39,913 nt of DNA, taken from contig JBLIRT010000004.1 in assembly GCA_049472445.1 (NCBI GenBank), positions 1 to 39,913 of the forward strand, read 5' to 3'. The notes beneath the pieces are model-generated. The model was not told where the DNA came from and did no database searches. It saw nothing but the letters and a program-made list of their open reading frames with translations. This stretch comes from a bacterium. GTDB lineage: Bacteria > SZUA-182 > DTGQ01. Of the stretch, positions 1 to 8,635 are shown piece by piece (the first letter of the stretch is position 1; every line of letters begins with the position of its first letter). The position numbers were made by a program, and so were the translations under genes.

Positions 1-84
1 AAATCCTTCCCTCCGGAGTTTCCGACTAGCTCCCTTCCCGTCCGGTTCACGGAGCTTCACCTGCATATTAACCTGAACAGCCAT
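1..84 (-). CDS. rplY: 50S ribosomal protein L25/Ctc, N-terminal 28 codons only (gene runs off the left edge)
   Basis: The minus-strand ATG at 84 reads MAVQVNMQVKLREPDGKGASRKLRREGF, which is the typical L25/Ctc N-terminus (GKG..R.LR..G). Its position directly downstream of prs matches the common prs-ctc-pth arrangement. Confidence 0.6.
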   Translation of the reverse strand, partial: MAVQVNMQVKLREPDGKGASRKLRREGF

Positions 85-155
85 TTATACCTCCATATAT
101 GCTCATACCAAAGCTGTTTTTATATATACCATGGTTAGTCACTTTAGACAGGACT

Positions 156-1097
156 CTATATAAAAAGAGAACTGACGGATTTATCAACATTAATTCTATA
201 AATTGTCTCACCAATCAAATCAGCTACAGAGAGAACTTTCACCTTCGAGGAACTGCGGGTTTTTTCTGAAGCCGGTATGGTATCCGTCACTGCAAGTTTC
301 AGCAGGCGTGAGGAATTGACCCGATCTATAGCCGGATCAGACAAAACCGCATGAGTACAGCAGGCATATACACTTTCTGCTCCCGCCTCAGCCAGAGCGG
401 TGGCTGCCTTGGTTAAGGTCCCGCCGGTATCAATGATGTCATCAATGAGAAAGGCATTTTTCCCCTTAATATCCCCAATGATGTTCATGACTTCTGATTC
501 ATTGGCCTTTTCCCTTCTTTTATCAATAATAGCCAGCGAAGCGCCCAGACGTTTGGCAAAGGCACGGCTTCTCTCCACTCCTCCTGCATCAGGGGAGACA
601 AGCACAATGTTGGCTAAATTCAATTCCTTGACAAATTTTATCAGGACTGGTGTAGCAAACAGATTGTCCACTGGTATGTTGAAAAAACCCTGAATCTGGC
701 CTGCATGCAAATCCAGAGTTAGAACCCGGTTAGCACCGGCAATAGTAAGCAAATCGGCCACCAGCTTAGCACTGATCGGCGCCCTTGGCTGGACCTTCCG
801 ATCCTGGCGGGCATACCCATAGTAAGGAATCACGGCGGTAATTCTTCTGGCCGAAGCTCTTCGTAAGGCATCAATGATGATAAGCAACTCCATTAAATTA
901 TCGTTAACGGGAGGACACGTTGACTGAATTACAAACACGTCCGCTCCACGAACGTTTTCATTGATCTGAACACAAATCTCTCCATCGGCAAACCTCTCAA
1001 TCTCTGCTTTCACCAGAGGAATTTTTAGATATCTGCCGATTCCTTCCGCCAAGGGTAAATTAGAATTTCCGGCTATAAGCGTCAGTTCAAAGCCCAT
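156..1097 (-). CDS. prs: Ribose-phosphate pyrophosphokinase (PRPP synthetase)
   Basis: The 313-aa ORF has the PRPP synthetase hallmarks: [21 protein letters not shown], and the PRPP-binding loop [10 protein letters not shown]. Confidence 0.95.
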   Translation of the reverse strand: MGFELTLIAGNSNLPLAEGIGRYLKIPLVKAEIERFADGEICVQINENVRGADVFVIQSTCPPVNDNLMELLIIIDALRRASARRITAVIPYYGYARQDRKVQPRAPISAKLVADLLTIAGANRVLTLDLHAGQIQGFFNIPVDNLFATPVLIKFVKELNLANIVLVSPDAGGVERSRAFAKRLGASLAIIDKRREKANESEVMNIIGDIKGKNAFLIDDIIDTGGTLTKAATALAEAGAESVYACCTHAVLSDPAIDRVNSSRLLKLAVTDTIPASEKTRSSSKVKVLSVADLIGETIYRINVDKSVSSLFI

Positions 1098-1124
1098 CTC
1101 TTTTCTCTCACAAAAAAATATTAA

Positions 1125-1196
1125 CTGGGGCGGGAGGATTCGAACCTCCGAATGCAGGAACCAAAATCCTGTGACTTACCGCTTGTCGACGCCCCA
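1125..1196 (-). tRNA. tRNA-Gln (anticodon UUG); no encoded CCA
   Basis: The reverse complement is TGGGGCGTCGACAAGCGGTAAGTCACAGGATTTTGGTTCCTGCATTCGGAGGTTCGAATCCTCCCGCCCCAG. It folds as a cloverleaf with a 7-bp acceptor stem (TGGGGCG/CGCCCCA), an AGCGGTAA D-loop, an anticodon stem CAGGA/TCCTG with loop TT-TTG-GT, a GGAGG-TTCGAAT-CCTCC T-arm and discriminator G. It is close to E. coli tRNA-Gln. Confidence 0.9.
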
Positions 1197-1282
1197 CCAT
1201 GGTTAAGATTTCAGAAAGGTTCGATCTTCTCCTGCTCTTTCAGTGGATTATGCATTCACCCACTGATGAGTACTCTCTTTAT

Positions 1283-1570
1283 CTATCTTATCCCTTCCAT
1301 TTCAACCTGTGTTTTGTTTTCAGTCTGTATCTTATATTCGTTCAGTACACTCGTTTCAATTAAATTGCGCATTTCTTTATTCAATGGATGAGCCACATCC
1401 CGGAATGTGCCGTCTTTTGATCTCTTATTCGGCATGGCTACAAATAATCCGTTATTACCACTGATGATTTTCATATCCCGGACAATAAAGGCATCATCGA
1501 AAACGACAGTCGCATAAGCTTTTAATTTGTCACCATTGACAATATATATATTTACGTCTGTTATTTCCAC
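1283..1570 (-). CDS. spoVG: SpoVG family septation/regulatory protein (GTG start)
   Basis: The 95-aa ORF reads MEITDVNIYIVNGDKLKAYATVVFDDAFIVRDMKIISGNNGLFVAMPNKRSKDGTFRDVAHPLNKEMR, the canonical SpoVG fold sequence. A G-rich RBS lies upstream. Confidence 0.9.
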   Translation of the reverse strand: MEITDVNIYIVNGDKLKAYATVVFDDAFIVRDMKIISGNNGLFVAMPNKRSKDGTFRDVAHPLNKEMRNLIETSVLNEYKIQTENKTQVEMEGIR

Positions 1571-1607
1571 TGTTTTACCGCCCCCCCGTTGTAAAAAGTT
1601 AATTAAT

Positions 1608-2474
1608 TCAGGCCATTACATATGGTCTGGTTAAGAAAACCTTCCACATGTCGTTCTGCGTTTTCAAACAGCTATAGGCTTTTTTTGCTCGTAAGTAATC
1701 TGAAAATATTCCAAAAACACTCGCTCCACTACCACTCATAATAGCACCCACAGCTCCAGCGGATAACAGACGGTTTTTGAGCTCATCGATTATTGGATAT
1801 TTCTTACGTACTACAGATTCAAGATCGTTGTGAAGATAAAGCCCTATCTGCGGCAGATCGCGCTTTTTTAAAAAAAGCCTTAGCATTTTAATATGATCTG
1901 GCTCTTTTGTCAACAATAAATCAGTATCAATATGATTATATACCCATTTTGTTGAAATAGGAAAGCCAGGATTCACAATAACAACCCATACCTCCGAGAG
2001 GGGAGCGGTGCGGGTAAGCCTTGTCCCAATTCCCTGCCCCAGTGCTGAGCTTCCAAAAAGGAAAAACGGTACGTCAGCTCCCAGTTGTGCACCCATTTCC
2101 AATAAATCATCTTCAGATATGGGGAAAAAATGCAATTGATTCAGCCCCTTTAAAACAGCTGCCGCATCACTGCTGCCTCCCCCTAATCCGGCAGCTACCG
2201 GAATATGCTTCCTTAACCTCATGTGAACTCCCGGTCTTGAGCCCAGATGGGAAAAAAACAACTCGGCAGCTTGCCAGGCTATATTTTCCCGCCCTTCTGG
2301 AGCCGGCTCTCCCTCACAATCCAAATCAATTCCCTGATCCGTTACTCTCATCTCCAGTTCATCACACACGTCTACTGCCTGAAAGAGAGTCCCAATTTCG
2401 TGATATCCATCCTCTCTCCTTCTGTATACAGCGAGCCCTAAATTGATCTTGGCAGGAGCCAAAATTTTTATCAT
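1608..2474 (-). CDS. ispE: 4-diphosphocytidyl-2-C-methyl-D-erythritol kinase
   Basis: This is a GHMP kinase with N-terminus MIKILAPAKINLGL and the motif PVAAGLGGGSSDAAA. The ORF is open to a GTG at 2501, but the ATG at 2474 matches the conserved IspE N-terminus. Confidence 0.9.
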   Translation of the reverse strand: MIKILAPAKINLGLAVYRRREDGYHEIGTLFQAVDVCDELEMRVTDQGIDLDCEGEPAPEGRENIAWQAAELFFSHLGSRPGVHMRLRKHIPVAAGLGGGSSDAAAVLKGLNQLHFFPISEDDLLEMGAQLGADVPFFLFGSSALGQGIGTRLTRTAPLSEVWVVIVNPGFPISTKWVYNHIDTDLLLTKEPDHIKMLRLFLKKRDLPQIGLYLHNDLESVVRKKYPIIDELKNRLLSAGAVGAIMSGSGASVFGIFSDYLRAKKAYSCLKTQNDMWKVFLTRPYVMA

Positions 2475-2533
2475 GGATTCACCCACGGAAATCCCTCTCA
2501 CTTAAATGGCCTTTATTCTGAAGATGTGAGCTA

Positions 2534-3340
2534 TTAGTAAGGCATGTCGTCCAGATCATCGGGAGAAATGGTCGGGGGATAATCCAGGAGATAAGCGCCT
2601 CTCGCAATTCCTGAGTTTAAGAATATTTTTTTATATTTTATCACCACTTGAGTCTCGGATGCCACATAGCTACATTCAATCCATCTCGGCCATTGGTAGT
2701 CATCAATGGCCTCATAATTATCAAACCTGGCCTTTACCTGAAGTTCTCCATCTGGCCCGTAAATCTCCATTTTAGCTATGAGTCCATGGATAATCCATAA
2801 GTGATACACTTCTTTTTGTTCAGATCTCAGTTCAATAAGTCCTTGATGAAGATCCACCGGCTTAACCTTCAGCTTTGATGATGAGGAAAGATCTGGTGGA
2901 AGATTGCCGGAGAAAAGAGCAATCAGGTCTTCCACCCCGGTCTGAATGCCGGTCATTCGATAAAGGTTCTCCTCCGAGGGTTCACCCTGGAGAACTTTCT
3001 GCTCTTCGGGAAAGTAGAACCACATCCGTTTCCCATCGGCAACCAGAAAAAAGGAAGGAATATTGAACAGACCCAGGCCTTCCAGCCGAAGCCGATAAGA
3101 GGAGTCAAAGATAACATTGGCTGGAAAGCTTTGTTTTTTCCCACGACGACTTATAGAAATGGCAGCCCTGCCTCGCATATCCCGGAAGGCGACCCTTCGT
3201 TCGAACAGCCCGGATAGCTCCTGTTGAAAGGAAGAGGGTCCAGGCTTTATCCGCTCTCGATAGGTTAAACTGCACCCCGAAAAAAGGGCTAAAACACACA
3301 CCAGGGTAATTACCTGCCCTGGCTTGAGAAAACAAATCAT
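2534..3340 (-). CDS. Outer-membrane lipoprotein, LolB-like/DUF4292-like
   Basis: The 268-aa ORF has a signal peptide ending in the lipobox-like LFSGC. Its position immediately upstream of ispE mirrors the lolB-ispE-prs order of enterobacteria. Family assignment rests on context and overall shape only. Confidence 0.55.
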   Translation of the reverse strand: MICFLKPGQVITLVCVLALFSGCSLTYRERIKPGPSSFQQELSGLFERRVAFRDMRGRAAISISRRGKKQSFPANVIFDSSYRLRLEGLGLFNIPSFFLVADGKRMWFYFPEEQKVLQGEPSEENLYRMTGIQTGVEDLIALFSGNLPPDLSSSSKLKVKPVDLHQGLIELRSEQKEVYHLWIIHGLIAKMEIYGPDGELQVKARFDNYEAIDDYQWPRWIECSYVASETQVVIKYKKIFLNSGIARGAYLLDYPPTISPDDLDDMPY

Positions 3341-5055
3341 TTTGATTTCTCGAGCAACATCCGGAGGTCTTCCAGCTTTTGCTCGACCTTTTGATTGTTT
3401 GGATCAAGCTCCAAAGACTTCTGCAAGTAATGCTGAGCCTGGCTAAAGTCTCCTTTACGATAGTAGACATGACCTAAATGCTCAAAGATTACCGGATCAT
3501 CTGTAACATACTGTATCGCCCTGTTCAATTCTATAATTGACTTATCCAGTAATCCCTTCTTATAATAAGCCCACCCGAGACTGTCCAGATATGCTCCATT
3601 TTCCGGATCCATGGCCAAAGCCTTTTTAATGTGATCTATGGCCTCCTCCAGATTGATGCCTTTTTCCGCATACATATAACCAATGTAATTATAAGCTTCC
3701 GCCCTTTTCGGATTCAATCCAATGGCTCTCGTGAATTCCTGGATAGACTCTGTAAACCGGTCCACCTTTTCATAGAATACCCCAAGGTAAAAGTGCAGGT
3801 CTTCATCCTCCTGTGCTATCTCAAGGCCCCTGGTAAGGATATTGACGGCTTCCTGATATTGCCTGGTTTGATTGTAGGTTAAGGCTAAGGCTAAATAGAG
3901 GTCCACATCCTCCGGCTGACGTTCAATTGCTTCCTGCAAGACGTGTATGGCCTCAGGCCATTGATCCATCTTCTGGTAGGCATAGCTCAGATGAAGTCTG
4001 GCCTTTATTGAATCCGGATGAGAAGAAAGGATCCTTTTAAATTCCTGAACACCAGCCTCAAGTTCCTGATTTTCTCCATAGGAAAGTCCTAAATAGAGGC
4101 GAATCTCTGCATCTTCAGGATTGCTTTCCAGGTATTTCTCAAACGCCTCAATGGCTGATGGATAACTCTTCTGCTCAAAATAAATCAGTCCCAATTTGAC
4201 ATAAACATCCACGTTGTCGGGTTCTCTTTCCTGAATGGCGAGAAACTCCTGAAGTGCCTCATCCAGCTTGTTCTGACGTACAAAAAGTTTGCCCAACTGA
4301 TCCCGGAACTCCAACGAATAAGGATCCTGTTTAATGAGCTGAGAATAGATTTCTATCGCCTGATCATACAGTTTTTGATGTTCATAAACGGCCGCTAACC
4401 TGATCAGAGCCGGTTTATATTGAGGATCGATCTGGATAGCTCTCTTCAGGTAATCAACAGCCTTGTCTATCATATTTAATTCAATATATACCTTGGCTGA
4501 ATAATAATAGGCCACATAAGAGTCAGGGACTCTATCAATGAGCTGCTGATAAATTTTGAGGCTGCTCTCATAATCTTCCCTGGCTGAATACAATCGGCCT
4601 AAGAGCAGGTAGGGCATGGGATTGTCTCCATCTATGCCGATAGCCTTCTCATAGAGAGAGACAGCCTTTCCCTCATCTTCCTGCTGGGAGCTGATCCTGG
4701 CCATTCGAAGCAAGACCGAGACATTATCCGGATCAATAACAAGGATCTGTTCACATTGCTTGAGAGCCTCTTCCAATAAATTTTGCTGATGAAAGAGACT
4801 GGCTAAAATATCGTGTAAATAAATCGAGGCCGGATCCCTTTCAGATGCCTGGGTAAATTCCTCGATGGCCAGATCAACGTACCCTTCCTTGGCATACAAT
4901 TCAGCCCTCAGGAAATGGTAATAGGCCGCACTTATATCTCGATCCGGAGGATTCGGTTCTCCATAAGCCAAAAAGGAGCGCAGCAGCAGAAATATAACCA
5001 CGGAAGCCAAAAAATAATGACCTTTTCCTTGCCTTCGGCTCTTCCTGAACATCAT
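3337..5055 (-). CDS. Tetratricopeptide (TPR) repeat protein with an N-terminal signal/anchor
   Basis: The 572-aa ORF contains many 34-residue TPR units (the A..Y...G....A...F..AL..DP pattern recurs throughout). Its stop overlaps the next gene's start by 4 bp (ATGA). Confidence 0.85.
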   Translation of the reverse strand: MMFRKSRRQGKGHYFLASVVIFLLLRSFLAYGEPNPPDRDISAAYYHFLRAELYAKEGYVDLAIEEFTQASERDPASIYLHDILASLFHQQNLLEEALKQCEQILVIDPDNVSVLLRMARISSQQEDEGKAVSLYEKAIGIDGDNPMPYLLLGRLYSAREDYESSLKIYQQLIDRVPDSYVAYYYSAKVYIELNMIDKAVDYLKRAIQIDPQYKPALIRLAAVYEHQKLYDQAIEIYSQLIKQDPYSLEFRDQLGKLFVRQNKLDEALQEFLAIQEREPDNVDVYVKLGLIYFEQKSYPSAIEAFEKYLESNPEDAEIRLYLGLSYGENQELEAGVQEFKRILSSHPDSIKARLHLSYAYQKMDQWPEAIHVLQEAIERQPEDVDLYLALALTYNQTRQYQEAVNILTRGLEIAQEDEDLHFYLGVFYEKVDRFTESIQEFTRAIGLNPKRAEAYNYIGYMYAEKGINLEEAIDHIKKALAMDPENGAYLDSLGWAYYKKGLLDKSIIELNRAIQYVTDDPVIFEHLGHVYYRKGDFSQAQHYLQKSLELDPNNQKVEQKLEDLRMLLEKSK

Positions 5056-5395
5056 GCCATGTTCCCCACAGTATTCTCATAGTTTTATCAATATGTTATA
5101 TTTAGTATAACACAGTCTTGGCCAAAGTCAACGAGAATCCTTGTAAGGATCTCACTTTCCTTGTTTCATTCCTCTTCTTTTTCTTTACCCTCTTTGGTCA
5201 CCAGATATCTTTGCACAATTTTAGAGCTGTATTTCGCAGGCCGACAACCTTTATTCTTGACACTATTTAAATAAATTATACGTCCTCATATATATATATC
5301 GATCATAAAAATTAGGCAGTCTGTATAAAATCCGGCACCTATTTTTGCTTCAATAATTCCCGGTCCACCCCGGTTTATCCGGTTCTCATAAAATA

Positions 5396-5409
5396 GGCAT
5401 GATTCTTGC
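5396..5409 (+). promoter_or_regulatory. Sigma-54 (-24/-12) promoter candidate for the HEAT-HDOD-CheR operon
   Basis: The sequence GGCATGATTCTTGC fits GGCAC-N5-TTGC with the canonical 12-nt distance between the first G of the -24 GG and the G of the -12 GC. It lies about 210 nt upstream of the ATG at 5617. Confidence 0.55.
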
Positions 5410-5616
5410 TAAAGGCTAAACCGACACGCTCCAGACCTGGTATGAAATTCTGCACTTATTTGTAGTACGACCACGAGACTTCGCTTCAACCAACTTTGAG
5501 TCAGGGGATGTTCCAATTTTCACAAAAGAGGTGTCAGGTGTCTATTCGGTATGACTTTTAACCCTGCCGAAATGAGGCATCATAAAACTATTCACCAAAT
5601 CAGAAAGGAAAGGTAT

Positions 5617-6414
5617 ATGTTAGGAGATATCAAAGAAATCAGCTTCCAAAATTTAAACCATGCAGCCAAGAGACATATAATCAAAAGCCTTAAAGAGCAG
5701 GGGGATACATATTATGCCTGTTATTCAATAGCGGAATTCCTCTATGATGAAGATGGGTTAATTCGGGAACTGGCCAGGGATTCCCTTGTCCAGATCGGGA
5801 ATCAAGAGGTCATTGAAAATGTATTACCCCTACTCCAGGGAGATGAAGCCACGGCCAGAAGCTTAGCCATGGAGGTTTTGAAAGAGATAGCGTATGATAA
5901 TATCTCCTTATTGGTTCCACTGCTCCATGATCCCAGCGAATCGCTTCGGATGTATATTGCAGATCTTCTGGGTCTCATCGGCAACTGTAAGGCTGTAGAT
6001 CCATTACTCTTGGCCCTTCAGGATTCCTCAGCCAGGGTAAGGAGCTCAGCCGTTGCCAGTCTTGGAAAGCTGGCTGATGAGAAGGCGATTGAAACGATTG
6101 AAAAGCTGTTACAGACCGAAAAAGATTTATGGGTAATTTTTTCTTCTATCAAAGCATTAGAGAGTATTGGTGGCCCAAAAGCCACGCAACTGCTGGTGGA
6201 TCTCCTCAGCAGAGAGGATGAATTCATACAGGCGGCCGCTTTAGACTCCCTTGGGGAAATCGGAACGTTGGAGACCATAAATCTGATTTTCCACAATCTA
6301 TCCAGTTCTTCTGAAAGTGTTCTTAAGCGAGCCAGCACTACCTTGATAGCTATACTTGAGAGGGAAAAGAGATACTCTCTGAACAAGGGAGAGATTGCTT
6401 CATCTCCCTCTTAA
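5617..6414 (+). CDS. HEAT-repeat (PBS-lyase-type) protein
   Basis: HEAT-like units recur (VR..A..aLg.ig patterns such as ARVRSSAVASLGKLADEKAIE and IQAAALDSLGEIGTLE). The ORF is open from 5551, but the ATG at 5617 has the GAAAGGAAAGG RBS. The C-terminus may continue in the -1 frame to 6509 (see findings). Confidence 0.75.
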   Translation: MLGDIKEISFQNLNHAAKRHIIKSLKEQGDTYYACYSIAEFLYDEDGLIRELARDSLVQIGNQEVIENVLPLLQGDEATARSLAMEVLKEIAYDNISLLVPLLHDPSESLRMYIADLLGLIGNCKAVDPLLLALQDSSARVRSSAVASLGKLADEKAIETIEKLLQTEKDLWVIFSSIKALESIGGPKATQLLVDLLSREDEFIQAAALDSLGEIGTLETINLIFHNLSSSSESVLKRASTTLIAILEREKRYSLNKGEIASSPS

Positions 6415-6535
6415 CAGGCTGTGTTCAGTGCGATATGAACCCATGGACTCGGCTTCGAGCTACCGAAGCCCTTAGGAAATCAGGGATTGAAGAACATCAG
6501 CCATCTTAGTCCGGATTGTAGGATGGCGTGGCCAG

Positions 6536-7459
6536 TTGTTGAGGATCCAGCCGATGACGAAAGGTGAAATCCAGTCGATTGAGAACATTATCGGTCAGGT
6601 CCAATCCCTGCCAACCCTCCCCTCACTGGCCCTGGAGGTCATGATGATGGCTGAAAATCCAGAATCATCACTGGCTGATATTGCTCTCATTCTCCAAAAA
6701 GATCCGGCCATAGCCAGTAAAATCTTAAAAATCGCCAATTCCGCCTTTTATGGGTACAGTCGACAGGTTACCAATCTGCAAAACGCTCTCCTGCTCCTGG
6801 GATTACGTGAAGTAAAAACCATCGTCCTCGGCGTCTCCATCGTGAATTTATTTAAGAGTTCCAACTCTGAAGTGGGATACAACCATCAGCTTCTCTGGTT
6901 GCATTCGGCAGCGGTTGCTCAAATTGCCAGATCTCTCGCCTTTAAGGCGAGCCTTTTTGATCTCGAACAGGAAGCCTTTACTGTTGGCCTTATCCATGAT
7001 ATTGGCAAGATCGTTCTTGATCAGTTTCGACACCATGATTTCCTGAAGATAATACACCTTGTTCAAAAAGAGGGAAATCTTACCTTTCTCGAAGCTGAAA
7101 ACCGGATTCTTGGGGTAAACCATGCTCAAATTGGAGGCTGGTTAGCCCAAAAGTGGCTGTTCCCCTCGGATCTGGCAGAAGCGATTGAATATCACCATAA
7201 CCCGCAAGAAAGTAAACATGGCCACCTTTTGGCTTCCCTGGCCCATATCGCAGATATCTTTTGTAAGGCCAAAGATCTTTCCTTTGTTGAAGTATTGAAA
7301 GGTGAATCCATAACTGATAACGGCGGATGGAAGATCATTCAAGAAAATTCCCCCGGGGGCGGTCTTCATTTCGATATTGAACGTTTTACCTTCGGTTTGG
7401 ATGAGGAAATTTCAAAAGCCCAGGAATTTATCACCATTTCCCGAGGCATGGCTATATGA
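6536..7459 (+). CDS. HDOD-domain signalling protein
   Basis: The HDOD signature is present: LPTLPSLALEVMMMAENPESSLADIALILQKDPAIASKILKIANSAFYG, then GLIHDIGKIVL and HAQIGGWLAQKW. The ORF starts at TTG 6536; the ATG at 6554 (MTKGE) with a GAGGAT RBS is the likelier start. Confidence 0.85.
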   Translation: MLRIQPMTKGEIQSIENIIGQVQSLPTLPSLALEVMMMAENPESSLADIALILQKDPAIASKILKIANSAFYGYSRQVTNLQNALLLLGLREVKTIVLGVSIVNLFKSSNSEVGYNHQLLWLHSAAVAQIARSLAFKASLFDLEQEAFTVGLIHDIGKIVLDQFRHHDFLKIIHLVQKEGNLTFLEAENRILGVNHAQIGGWLAQKWLFPSDLAEAIEYHHNPQESKHGHLLASLAHIADIFCKAKDLSFVEVLKGESITDNGGWKIIQENSPGGGLHFDIERFTFGLDEEISKAQEFITISRGMAI

Positions 7460-8346
7460 TGCCGGAAGCGCCCAGGAGAAGGCAGGCTACCTTGGAAGAT
7501 AGCCCTGATAACAGCATACTGATAAAAATTCGAGATTTTATTTACCAGCAAAGCGGTCTCTATTTCTCTGAAAAAAACCTTGATTCCCTCCAAAAAAAAC
7601 TTATCTGCCGGCTTGAATCATTGAACCTGAATTCAATCAACGAATATTACCATTATCTCCTCGACGACTCATCAAGGACATCGGAGTTAAAGCCCCTTTT
7701 TGATTCCTTGATCAATAGCCAAACGAGTTTCTTTCGCTATGCCTCACAACTGAAGGCCTTGCAGGAACAGATTCTGCCAGCCTTGATGAGAAGTAAGATC
7801 CAAAATGAAGAGCAGGTCTTGAAAATTCTCAGCTGCGGATGCTCTACCGGCGAAGAACCTTATACCTTAGCTATTTTAATGCTCGAGACGCTTGGCCAAA
7901 TCATCGACCGGTGGAAGGTTGAGATCACTGGAATAGATATAAGCCACGCTGCTCTCGATGCGGCCGGGCAGGGTATCTACAATCACTATTCCCTGCGGAA
8001 TACCCCTGAGACTATCATGAACCGTTACTTTGATCCTCTGGGACCTGATAGCTATCGCCTTCGGGATCGTGTCCGGGAGATGGTGCATTTTGCCTATTTA
8101 AATCTCAATGATGAAGTCCATATGCGGACTCTTTCGCCTGTAGATGTCATATTCTGCCGCAATGTATTGATCTATTTCAGTGAGGATTCCAAGAGGGCTG
8201 TCATTAATCAGTTCTATAACATTATCAATCCTGGCGGTTACCTTTTTGTCGGGCCGTCAGAATCACTTTTCGGGTTATCCCGATCATTTAAACTGCTCCT
8301 CTTTCCTGGAGCATTGGTCTATAAGAAAGAGAGAGACCCCCCCTGA
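7456..8346 (+). CDS. cheR: CheR-type protein-glutamate O-methyltransferase (orphan)
   Basis: It has a CheR N-terminal helical domain (FSEKNLDSLQKKLICRLESLNL, TSFFR) and a SAM-binding domain (ILSCGCSTGEEPYTLAILM, DVIFCRNVLIYF). Its start overlaps the HDOD stop (ATGA). Confidence 0.85.
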   Translation: MMPEAPRRRQATLEDSPDNSILIKIRDFIYQQSGLYFSEKNLDSLQKKLICRLESLNLNSINEYYHYLLDDSSRTSELKPLFDSLINSQTSFFRYASQLKALQEQILPALMRSKIQNEEQVLKILSCGCSTGEEPYTLAILMLETLGQIIDRWKVEITGIDISHAALDAAGQGIYNHYSLRNTPETIMNRYFDPLGPDSYRLRDRVREMVHFAYLNLNDEVHMRTLSPVDVIFCRNVLIYFSEDSKRAVINQFYNIINPGGYLFVGPSESLFGLSRSFKLLLFPGALVYKKERDPP

Positions 8347-8525
8347 ATTCAAATGGTTCCATGAAAATATATGTATCATTCGATATTATGCAGCTTCCTT
8401 TACAATTGTGTAACTCTTTTGGGCAGAATTCTTCTCACATGCGACTGACTATCGAGCGCTTATAAGGAAAGGAGGTAGGTATCGGAAGGGGCATTTCGAG
8501 ATGAAACCATATTTTTATCCTAATA

Positions 8526-8539
8526 GGCACGCACCTTGC
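8526..8539 (+). promoter_or_regulatory. Sigma-54 (-24/-12) promoter of the formate dehydrogenase operon
   Basis: GGCACGCACCTTGC (followed by A) matches the consensus TGGCACG-N4-TTGCA at every conserved position with exact spacing. It lies 97 nt upstream of the fdnG ATG. Confidence 0.7.
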
Positions 8540-8543
8540 ATTA

Positions 8544-8565
8544 ATATGAGGTCAGATCCTCATAT
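8544..8565 (+). promoter_or_regulatory. Perfect inverted repeat ATATGAGG-N6-CCTCATAT over the predicted transcription start (operator or 5' hairpin)
   Basis: This is an 8-bp perfect palindrome with a 6-nt spacer, starting 5 nt after the -12 element. Confidence 0.4.
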
Positions 8566-8635
8566 ACTTATCCGGCATCTGTGGAACCAACTCGGCCTTT
8601 AAGCTCACGTATAACAAGAAAAGGAGGACATATTT

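Noticed and set aside
5334-5348. A second sigma-54-like motif, GGCACCTATTTTTGC, upstream of the HEAT gene
   Set aside because: The GG-to-GC distance is 13 nt instead of the required 12, and sigma-54 promoters tolerate spacing changes poorly. I keep it only as a note within the HEAT-HDOD-CheR finding.
8540-8635. A possible Moco riboswitch in the fdh 5' leader (and ahead of moaA)
   Set aside because: The leader is only about 95 nt, and I could not recognise the conserved Moco-motif helices. The gap before moaA is 15 nt. A covariance-model scan would be needed before claiming one.
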